Below are positions 33,480 to 45,200 of a stretch of DNA of 64,000 nucleotides, in pieces. Within the stretch, counting starts at the first letter, position 1, and each line of letters opens with the position of its first letter. The notes under the pieces were generated by a model that was not told the origin of the DNA, searched no databases, and was given only the letters and a program-made list of their open reading frames with translations. Both the position numbers and the translations under genes were made by a program. The DNA comes from Anaeramoeba ignava BMAN (Eukaryota > Protista > Anaeramoebae). The stretch is from NCBI GenBank assembly GCA_028826165.1, contig JAPDFW010000059.1, forward strand, positions 1,302,001-1,366,000, read 5' to 3'.

Positions 33480-34890
33480 ATTTTTAAATAATAAAATATT
33501 TAAATCTAAAACAATAAATTATTATTTTAAACATAAAATTAAATATTAAATTATATTTTTAAATTAATTTATAAATTAAATATTAAATTAAACTTATTCT
33601 TATTTTTATATTTATATGTTAAATATTTAAATAATAAAATATTTAAATCTAAAACAATAAATTATTATTTTAAACATAAAAATAAATACTAAATTATATT
33701 TTTAAATTAATTTATAAATTAAATATTAAATTAAATTTATTCCCATTTTTATATTTATATGTTAAATATTTAAATAATAAAATATTTAAATCTAAAGCAA
33801 TAAATTATTATTTTAATAATAAAATTAAATATTAAATTATATTTTTAAATCAATTTATAAATTAAATCTATTTCCATTTTTTATATTTTTATGTTAAATA
33901 TTTAAATAATAAAATATTTAAATCTAAAACATTAAATTATTATTTTAAACATAAAATTAAATATTAAATTATATTTTTAAATTAATTTATAAATTAAATA
34001 TTAAATTAAACTTATTCTTATTTTTATATTTATATGTTAAATATTTAAATAATAAAATATTTAAATCTAAAACATTAAATTATTATTTTAAACATAAAAA
34101 TAAATACTAAATTATATTTTTAAATTAATTTATAAATTAAATATTAAATTAAATCTATTCTCATTTTTATATTTATATGTTAAATATTTAAATAATAAAA
34201 TATTTAAATCTAAAACAATAAATTATTATTTCAATAATAAAATTAAATATTAAATTATATTTTTAAATTAATTTATAAATTAAATATTAAATTAAATCTA
34301 TTCTTATTTTTATATTTATATGCTAAATATTTAAATAATAAAATATTTAATTTTAAAACAATAAATTATTATTTTAATAATAAATTTAAATATTAAATTA
34401 TATTTTTAAATTAATTTATAAATTAAATATTAAATTAAATCTATTCTCATTTTTTATATTTATATGTTAAATATTTAAATAATAAAATATTTAAATCTAA
34501 AACATAAAATTATTATTTTAATAATAAAATTAAGTATTAAATTATATTTTTAAATTAATTTATAAATTAAATATTAAATTAAATCTATTCTTATTTTTTA
34601 TATTTTTATGTTAAATATTTTTAAATAATAAAATATTTAAGTCTAAAACATTAAATTATTATTTTAATAATAGAATTAAATATTAAATTATATTTTTAAA
34701 TTAATTTATAAATTAAATATTAAATTAAATCTATTCTTATTTTTTATATTTTTATGTTAAATATTTAAATAATAAAATATTTAATTTTAAAACAATAAAT
34801 TATTATTTTAATAATAAATTTAAATATTAAATTATATTTTTAAATTAATTTATAAATTAAATATTAAATTAAATCTATTCTTATTTTTTA
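33480..34890. repeat. Minisatellite of ~143-bp unit, ~10 copies, nearly all A/T
   Basis: Marker TCTAAAAC-like at 33505, 33648, 33791, 33923, 34066, 34209, ~34352, 34496, 34642, ~34786. Confidence 0.92.
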
Positions 34891-36586
34891 TTAATTTTGA
34901 TTATTAAATTTCTTAATTAATAAATCAAATAAATTTGGATTTGTTTGATTTAATTGAAAATAATCAATTCCAATTTGAATTTCATCAATGATTTGTTGTG
35001 TAATTTCAATTTCATCTTTAATTTGATTTGAATAAATCCAATATTCAAATATTTGAAATGATTTATTACTTAATTCACTATAATCTGTAACTTTATTTGA
35101 TTTATCTTCTGTTACAGATAAAAACATTCCTCGATATAATTCACTTCTCATTATTAATATTAATTTAGGAAATTTATATTTCTTTTCTTTTCTTTCAATT
35201 ATAAAATCTTTTTCATTTTCATTTAAATAAATTCTTTTCATTGTTTCTTCAATTTTTTCATTTGAATTTATAATTTCTTTAATTTCAGAATATAATTTTG
35301 GATTTATTTTGGAATTGTTTGAATAAATCATTTCAAATATTTGATTTGATTCTTTAATTGATTTTTTTGAAATAATTTCTTGAAGTTTTTCAATTTCAAT
35401 TTGATTTTGATTTAATCTATATTTCAATATTAATTTATGAGCTGAGATTATTTCTCCATTTTTGGTTTTAAATGAAATATTGCAAAATTCTTTTCTTCTA
35501 AATAGTTTTATCAAATCTTCTTCAAGATTGAAAAAAAAAAGAGGAGAATAATAGAAATGATCTGTAAAATCCACAAAGAAACATGATAATTGTAAATATT
35601 TTCATTAAATCTTAATTTAGGAAGTTCAATTTGAATTGGAATTAATTGATTATTTGTATCTCCAGTTACTAATTGACTATGTTCATTATCTCCAAATCCA
35701 ATTAATTTTGAATTAGAAGTTAAAATCAAAGTATGATACCTTCCAATAGAAATTTCAAGAATATCATCATTTTCAAATAAAGATGATTTGATTTCAGTAA
35801 ATTCATAAGTATTTTCATTTTTGTCAAGCCCATTATATCTCCAATATCCACATGAATAAAGTTTTCTTTTTGGATTTTGATTTTGATTTTGATTTTGATT
35901 TTGATTTTGATTTTGATTTTGATTTTGATTTTGATTTTGATTTTGATTTTGATTTTGATTTTGATTTTGATTTTGATTTTGATTTTGATTTTGATTAATT
36001 TTTGGATTTTTATTTCTTCTTTTACAGCAATTTGTTTATCTTCATTATCATCACATCCAAATAAGTCTTGATTTGAATTTAAAAGAAAAACATGATTTGA
36101 AGCATTTCCTGAAAATATTTTAGAAACATTTTTCATCATTTTTATTAAGTGTTTCATAATCAAAATCAAATTGACCATAATAATTTGAACCAATTCCATA
36201 AGCATTTTGATTTGAAGTTAATAAGTAAATTGATTTATTTCCGGAAACAATATCTTCAATTATTCTATCATTTTTATCTTCAATTAATGATGAAATATTG
36301 ATAAATTCTTTTGGATTTTCTGGATTAATATCTTTTCCTTTTGCAAATACATTTCCTTCTATTGTTAAAATAGCTTCATTTTCAGAACCGACATTTACTT
36401 TTTGAATATTTTCAATTTGTATTTTTTTAGGATTTTGTTTTTCATTTAAATATTCTATTGCTTTTCCATTTTTAAAAAGGAAAATTATTGAAAATTTATT
36501 TGCTAAAATTTGTTTAATTTGTTTTTCATTTTCATTTTCAAAATTAAATTGAATTGGCTTTGCTATTATATCTAATTTATTTTTGA
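34891..36586 (-). pseudogene. Degenerate RCC1-BTB-BTB paralogue: start codon deleted, several internal deletions/frameshifts, hexamer expansion inside the coding region
   Basis: The upstream motif CATTTTTTTTCTTTTCAAAAAT is joined directly to codon ~18 sequence. (ATTTTG)n at 35873-35995 replaces part of the RCC1 region. Multiple broken ORFs. Confidence 0.85.
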
Positions 36587-36651
36587 AAAGAAAAAAAATG
36601 AAAAAATAAAATTCATTTTTTTCTTTTATTTTTTTTTTATTAATTTTTTAA

Positions 36652-39600
36652 ATGATTGATATTGATTCACAAATTAAAAAAATTGTAAAATAAAATTTAT
36701 TTTTAAAAATTTAATTTAAATTTTAATTTAAAAAATTTTATTTAAATTTCAATTAATAAAAGGAATTTTCTCTTCAAAATGAAGAAACTATTGCAAAATA
36801 CAAACAACTTTATTCACTTCAAAGTAAAAAAAAAATAATTTAAAAATAAAAATTAAAAAATTAAAAAAAAAAAAACAAAAGAAAAAAAAATTGAATTTAT
36901 TGAGATTGAAAACGCAACAAATAAAGAAGAAAATGAACAACTTCAAAAGAATCTTTCTCAAACGCAAAAAAAAGCAACAGAAATTAACAATTTAAACCAA
37001 AAATTAACGGAAGATAAAGAAAAATTAATACAAAAAAATCAAGCTTCAAAACAAATCATTTATCAATTAGAAGGTGAAAAAAGAGAATTAGAAGAACAGA
37101 AAAAACAACTTTTATACAAAATTCGAGAAACAACCGAAAGTTTAGGAATTTCAGATATTCCAACATTTGAAAATGATGAAGCAAAACAATTGGTGCAAGA
37201 AGAAAGAAATAAAAATAAAGTGATCCAATTCCAAAAAGAGAAAGTTGAAAAAGAAAATCAAAATTTATTATCGGCAATTGATAAATTAAATCAAACAAAC
37301 TCAAAATTGGCGGATGACAGATCAAAACTGATTCAAGAAATCAAAGAAAGAGACATGAAAATTGATGAGCTAAATCAAGCTCTTCAAAATAAGATTCAAA
37401 TTGATCCATCAATTATTCAAGTTTCAAATCAACCCCAAAATCAAGAGCAAAATATTCAACAACAATCTTCTGATAGACAAGATATTCAAAGTTTGAAAGA
37501 CAGACTGAAGAAGTTACACAATAATCAAAAACCTCAACAAAATGTTGAAAATGCTGAAAATATTGAAAATATTGAAAATGTTCAAAAAGTTCAAAAAGTT
37601 TATCCTGTTGTTTCTCAACAAGAGCAAAAACCCAAAGAGAATTTAATTGTTTCACAAAATGATCCTGTTTTGAAACAAACTGTTGAAAGTCTCCAATCTC
37701 AAGTTGAAAGAATTAATGAAGAAAATCTTCAAGTTTATGGAGAGTTAAAAAAAAGAGATCAAGAAATTCTTGAATTGAAAGAAGAGAATCATAATTTAAA
37801 AAAGGAGAATGAAAATTTAAAGAATGAAGAACAAGAATCAAATGCCAAAAATAAAAGAATACAAGATTTATCAGCAGATAATTCTAAACAGAAATTAAGG
37901 ATTAATAATTTGAAAAAGGAAAATGACAAATTAAAAAAAGAAAATGAAAATTTAAGAAAGGCAAATGGAAATCTAAAACAAGAAAATGAAAATTTAAAAA
38001 AAGAAAATGATAATTTAAAAAATGAAGAAAAAGAACCAAATGCTGAAAACAAAAAAGTACAAGATTTATCATCAGATAATTCTAAATTAAAAAAAGATAA
38101 TTCTAAATTAAAAAAAGAAAATGAAAATTTAAAAAAGGAAAATGATAATTTAAAGAATGAAGAAAAAGAATCAAATGCTAAAAATCAAAGAATACAAGAT
38201 TTATCATCAGATAATTCTAAATTAAAAAAAGAAAATGATAATTTAAAAAAAGAAAATGAAAATTTAAAAAATGAAAATGAAAATTTAAAAAATGAAAATG
38301 AAAATTTAAAAAATGAAAATGAAAATTTAAAGAATGAAGAACAAGAATCAAATGCTGAAAACAAAAAAGTACAAGATTTATCATCAGATAATTCTAAATT
38401 AAAAAAAGATAATTCTAAATTAAAAAAAGAAAATGATAAATTAAAAAAAGAAAATGATAATTTAAAAAAAGAAAATGAAAATTTAAAAAAAGAAAATGAA
38501 AATTTAAAAAATGAAGAAAAAGAATCAAATGCTGAAAACAAAAAAGTACAAGATTTATCATCAGATAATTCTAAATTAAAAAAAGATAATTCTAAATTAA
38601 AAAAAGAAAATGATAATTTAAAAAAAGAAAATGATAATTTAAAAAAAGAAAATGATAATTTAAAAAAAGAAAATGATAATTTAAAAAAAGAAAATGATAA
38701 TTTAAAAAAGGAAAATGATAATTTAAAAAAGGAAAATGATAATTTAAAAAAAGAAAATGAAAATTTAAAAAATGATAATCTAAAAAAAGAAAATGAAAAT
38801 ATCAAAAAAGAAAATCCAAAAAGAACAAAATCACTCAAAAAACCAAAAATTTTCGTTTCCAAAACTGCTAAATCTCCAGTTTCTAAAAACAAAAAAGATC
38901 CAAATGAAGAATTAAAAAACGAAAACCAAAATCTTCGAAAACAAAACCAGAATTTACAAGAAGAAATTGCAAAAAAAGAAAAAGAAAAAGATGAATTGAT
39001 AGATAATTTGCAGCAGCAAATCAACCAAATGAAAAAGAAAAATGATGAAGACGAAAAAGAAAATAGCGAGCAAATAGCTCTATTGAATTCCAGAATTAAA
39101 AGTTTGCAAGAATTTCGGAAAAAAGAAAATAATAATGAACAAGATCCAGAATTTCTGTTTAATTTACAACAACAAACTGAGAACATAAATCAACAAATGG
39201 AAGATTTGCGAGTAACACTTGAAGCAAAAACACAGGAAATCGAAGAAGCAATATCAGATCTAGAATTGAAAGAAAAGGAGATTTTTGCATTAAAACAAGA
39301 AACACAAACTCAAAAATTAAAGATCCAAAACCTTAAAGAGCAACTGCGCAAAAAAGAAGAAGATTTCCAAGAACTTTATAATTCAAAAACTTTACTCTCA
39401 AATCAGCATCATGAAGAAATGATGAATTTGGAAAACAAAGTTTCAGAATTATCTCAGCAACTAAATAATTGCAAGCTTGAAAAAACACATTTAGAACTTG
39501 AGAATCAGCAACTGAAATTTGATCTGAGCAATGCAAAAGATAATTTTGAAGAATCTTCTGAACCAAATGAGAAATTAATCCAAGAACACCAACAAAAAAT

Positions 39601-42121
39601 TCACAACTTGGAAAACCAATCGCAAATCGACAAAAACGAAATCCAACAAAAACAACAGCAAATTACTCGTCTTTCTTCATCACTTGAAAAAAAAGACGCT
39701 CTTATTGATGAATACCAAACTCAGATTCTATCTCTTCAGCAATCCATTAATTCTCTTGAGCAAAAGAAAGGTCAAATTTCATTGATTGAAAATGAGAAGT
39801 TTTATTTACAAAAGAATTTGGATCTTGCTAACAACGAGATTGACGATTTAAAAAATAGGCAAAGAAACATAGAATCCAGAATTGCAAAAATCCAAGAAGA
39901 AGCAGATCAAGATAAACAGGAAAATTATCAAAAACAAATTTATATTGCAAATTTACAGGCAAATCTCAAAGAATTAAAAGAGAAAAACAAGAAAATTCAA
40001 AATAAGCTAGAAAAAACGAAGAATGAGAACCAAAACCTTTTAGCCAAAGTGCAGAAAATCGAAAATAACTCAGAAGAATCAGAACAAAAATATGCCAATG
40101 TTTCCTCTCAATTACAAAAAGCAATTTCCAACAATAAAAGACTCATTTCGCAATTCAAACAGCTCAATAAAAACAAAAATCAAGAAAAGTTGATTGAAAG
40201 CGAATTGAATGATCTCAAGGAAACCAACAATACTCTTAATTCTATAATCGAAAAGATGAAAATTCAACAACAGGAATCTGATGGTCTCATCTCACAATTA
40301 CAACTAAAACTCGAAAACAGTCTTGAATCAATCAAAGAAAAAATGGCAGAAAACCAACAGAAAAACAACCAAATTGAATTTTTAAATACTCAAAATGAAA
40401 TGCTTCAAAATTCCCTCAAAAATGAGTCATTAAACGATATTACTCAACTCAAAAAGATATTGCAAAAACTGAAGCAAAAAAATCGCAGATTGAAAAATGA
40501 GAGAAAGCAATTGATCCAAAAAAATAATGAATTGGAATACCAATTGAAAGAAATAGACGACCAATTAAATCAAGAAAAAGACTCTGAAAAAAAGGTTGAA
40601 ATTGAAAAGCCATCTCTTCAATTTTCTCCATTTATCAAGGCAAAAACTTTATATTCCCGTATCCAAAAAGGAGTTCCCAGATTATTACAAAAATTAAAAA
40701 AACAAGCTCAATCCATTTTAGAATTGACAAATGAATTAACTGGAGGAATTGAAACGGATGGAAATTCTCCAAATTCAAGTCAAGAACACAAAATTGCTAA
40801 TTTTGAACAGAAATTGAAATTTTTACAATTAACAAATGAACAACTCAGAGATCAAGTTTTAAGATCTTCGAAAAGAATGAGTATTCAAAATGAAAAAATT
40901 AAAAAAATTGAACCACTTATCTTTGAATTGATTGATTTAATTGATCCTTTAATTCGCTTGAAATTTAAAAATTTATCCGATCAAAATCAAAATGAAAATC
41001 AAAATGAAAATCAAAATCAAAATGAAAATCAAAATCAAAATGAAAATGAAGATGATGGAAATGAAGAGAATTTATTGAGGTGTATTTCGGAAGCAATCAC
41101 TGTTATTCAAAAAAGAAAACATCCTTCTCAGGAAATTAATTTTATTCATCATCTCCAAAGAATGAATGAAAATGAATATGAATATGAAAATGAAAATGAA
41201 AATGAAAAATTGAGGAAAAATTTGGATTTATGGGAAAACTGGGCGAAATCATTATTTTTAGTATTAAAACCTTTAACAAACGTAACAGAAATTGGAGAAA
41301 ATGAAATGAATTTATTTCGAAATATGGTTGAAAACGTTGTTAAGTTTTCCAACTCAAGCGATAATCAAGTTGTGATGGATCTTACTGAGAAAATTCATTT
41401 ATTACAAATAAGAGAGATGATGTTTATTTTCCAAAAAACATATTTGATGAATTCATATTTATTATTTTCATTAATGGAACAAGATGTTTTGGAATCAATT
41501 TTCCAAGAGGAATTTATAAAAACAGATTTGGTTTACCAAATTATTCATAAATATCATCAAATTCGAGATGGAAATGCATCATTTTTACTTTTCAAAGGAA
41601 ATACAAAACCAACAGCTGAACAAGTGCAATTACTTCCAAGTGTTTCTTTTACCAAAAACGATCAAATTAAACAAAGAATCAAAGTTTATTTTATATTTTA
41701 TTTCTTTATGAAAAAAATGGTTCAAGCTCCTTTAAAAAAACAAAGAGAAAGAAAGGAATTTTCACAAGTAAATTTTGAAAATGAACAAAAATCATTTAGA
41801 AATCAAGGTTTTGAAAAAATAATTCTTGCGCCAACTCGAATTAAATCTCAATTCTTTAAAGATCCAAAAACAGAAGAAGAAAAAAGACTTGCTGAATTAA
41901 GAGCAAAATTTCTTCAACAAGGTTTATTAAGTGAAAAAGAAAAATTGGAAAGATTGAAAAAATCTTTTTTGAAAAGAGAAAATGATTTGATTAAAGAAAA
42001 TCAAAGAAAAGAACAAGAACATAAACAAAAAATGCTTCGTTTAAATCAAAGTTTAACTGAACTTGAAGGAGAATTAAATGAAATTTATCAAAATTATCGA
42101 TTTCCAAAAAAAATTATTTGA
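36652..42121 (+). CDS. Large coiled-coil protein (~1780 aa) with LKKENDN heptad repeats and possible C-terminal PACT domain; exons 36652-36684, 36763-36823, 36882-42121
   Basis: Two short GT-AG introns extend ORF 37190-42121 to an ATG behind a TCATTTT motif. The C-terminal FIFQKTYL...RIKVYFIFYFFMKKM resembles PACT (inference). Confidence 0.75.
37790..38810 (+). repeat. Coding 21-bp repeats (LKKENDN/LKKENEN) with higher-order DLSSDNSK units
   Basis: Visible in DNA and translation. Confidence 0.85.
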
Positions 42122-42244
42122 AAAACTTTTTTTTTTTAATTTTAATTTTAAAAAAATTTTTTTTTTCATTTTTTTCTTTTCAAATTCAAAACAAAACAAA
42201 AACACAAAATAAAACAAAAATAAAACAAAAACACAAAATAAAAA

Positions 42245-45200
42245 ATGGAAGAAACAAAAAAAAGATTTCTTTCAATTGGGTTAGTTGAGAAAGAAGTTGA
42301 AAAAATACTTAAAAATTCTTCATTAACACAAACTTTAACTCAAGTGCTTGATTCTGTAAATAATTTAATAAATAATTTTATAAATAATTTTATAATTAAT
42401 TTTATATTTAATTTTATAAATAATTTTATAAATAATTTTATAAATAATTTTATATTTAATTTTATAAATAATTTTATAAATAATTTTATAAATAATTTTA
42501 TAAATAATTTTATAAATAATTTTATAAATAATTTTATAAATAATTTTATAAATAATTTTATATATAATTTTATAAATAATTTTATAAATAATTTTATAAA
42601 TAATTTTATAAATAATTTTATAAATAATTTTATATATAATTTTATAAATAATTTTATAAATAATTTTATAAATAATTTTATAAATAATTTTATAATTAAT
42701 TTTATATTTAATTTTATATTTAATTTTATAAATAATTTTATATATAATTTTATAAATAATTTTATAAATAATTTTATAAATAATTTTATATTTAATTTTA
42801 TATATAATTTTATATTTAATTTTATATTTAATTTTATAAATAATTTTATAAATAATTTTATATTTAATTTTATAAATAATTTTATATATAATTTTATAAA
42901 TAATTTTATAAATAATTTTATAAATAATTTTATAAATAATTTTATAAATAATTTTATAAATAATTTTATATATAATTTAATAAATAATTTAATAAATAAT
43001 TTTATATTTAATTTTATAAATAATTTTTATATATAATTTAATAAATAATTTTATATTTAATTTTATAAATAATTTTATAAATAATTTTATAAATAATTTT
43101 ATAAATAATTTAATAAATAATTTTATAAATAATTTTATAAATAATTTTATAAATAATTTAATAAATAATTTTATATTTAATTTTATAAATAATTTTATAA
43201 ATAATTTTATAAATAATTTTATAATTAATTTTATAAATAATTTAATAAATAATTTTAATAAATAATTTAATAAATAATTTTATAAATAATTTTATATATA
43301 ATTTTTATTTAATTTCATAAATGAATTTTATAAATAATTTTATAAATAATTTTATAAATAATTTTATAAATAATTTTATAAATAATTTTATAAATAATTT
43401 TATTAATAATTTAATAAATAATTTTATATTTAATTTTATAAATAATTTTATAAATAATTTTATAAATAATTTTATAAATAATTTTATAAATAATTTTATA
43501 AATTAATTTTATAATTAATTTTATTTATAATTTAATAAATAATTTTATAAATAATTTTATAAATAATTTTATAAATAATTTTATAAATAATTTTATAAAT
43601 AATTTTATAAATAATTTTATATTTAATTTTATAAATAATTTTTATAAATAATTTTATAAATAATTTTATAAATAATTTTATAAATAATTTTATAAATAAT
43701 TTTATATTTAATTTTATAAATAATTTAATAAATAATTTTATAAATAATTTAATAAATAATTTTATAAATAATTTTATAAATAATTTTATAAATAATTTTA
43801 TAATTAATTTTATTTATAATTTTATAAATAATTTTATAAATAATTTTATAATTAATTTTATAAATAATTTAATAAATAATTTTATAAATAATTTTATAAA
43901 TAATTTTATAATTAATTTTATATTTAATTTTATAATTAATTTTATAAATAATTTTATAAATAATTTAATAATTAATTTTATAAATAATTTTATAAATAAT
44001 TTTATAATTAATTTTATAAATAATTTTATAAATGAATTTTATATTTAATTTTATAAATGAATTTTATATTTAAAATAGGCAAACATTAAAGAAGGATGTG
44101 AAAAATCAATTGGATTAATGCTTTACAAAGTTGCAACATTTAAATTTCCCAAAATACCACAAGTAGAAGAAAGAAGAATCTTTGTAGCAAGTTATATTGG
44201 AAATGGAAAAATAAAAACAAGTCCACAGTTAAATGAAGCATTAAATTATTTAAAGAAACTTGGAACAGGAGAATTAAAAAATGAATTATTTGAAGAAATT
44301 TGTGGAGTTGGAGTAACTATTACAGATGAAGATGTTACAAAAACTGTTAAAGAAATTATTTCCAATATGAAACCTGAAAATTTAACTTTGAAATCAATTC
44401 TTGCAGAAACTAGAGCTAAATTGAAATGGGCTGAACCAAAAGTTGTTAAAGATGAAGTTGATAAACAATTATTAGAATTACAAAAATTAAAAGATTTTGA
44501 ATTATCTTCTAATAAAAATCTTAAGAAAAGAGATAGATTTCCAAGACCTGAAGAAAATACAACAAATGATCCAAAAATTCTTGAAAAACATTTAAAAGAA
44601 ACAGGAGGAAAAGTTGTTACAAGATTTCCACCTGAACCGAATGTAGATTATAAATAAATATTAAATATTAAATAATAAATAATAAATATTAAATATTAAA
44701 TAATAAATATTAAATAATAAATATTAAATATTAAATATTAAATAATAAATATTAAATAATAAATATTAAATATTAAATATTAAATATTAAATATTAAATA
44801 ATAAATATTAAATAATAAATATTAAATATTAAATAATAAATAATAAATATTAAATAATAAATAATAAAATAAATATTAAATATTAAATATTAAATAAATA
44901 TTAAATATTAAATATTAAATATTAAATATTAAATATTAAATAAAATAATAAATATTAAATAATAAATATTAAATATTAAATATTAAATAATAAATAAAAA
45001 ATAATAAATAATAAATAATAAATAATAAATAATAAAATAAATATTAAATAATAAATAATAAATATTAAATAATAAATATTAAATATTAAATATTAAATAT
45101 TAAATATTAAATATTAAATATTAAATATTAAATATGAAAATAAATAATAAATAATAAATAATAAATATTAAATATTAAATATTAAATAATAAATATTAAA

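Noticed and set aside
33480-34890. CRISPR-like array
   Set aside because: Head-to-tail units with no unique spacers, no cas genes, eukaryotic context
42356-43506. INNF-repeat extension of ORF 42245-43036 and ORF 43321-43506
   Set aside because: Read-through into GlnRS intron 1. The real exon ends at the GT at 42356.
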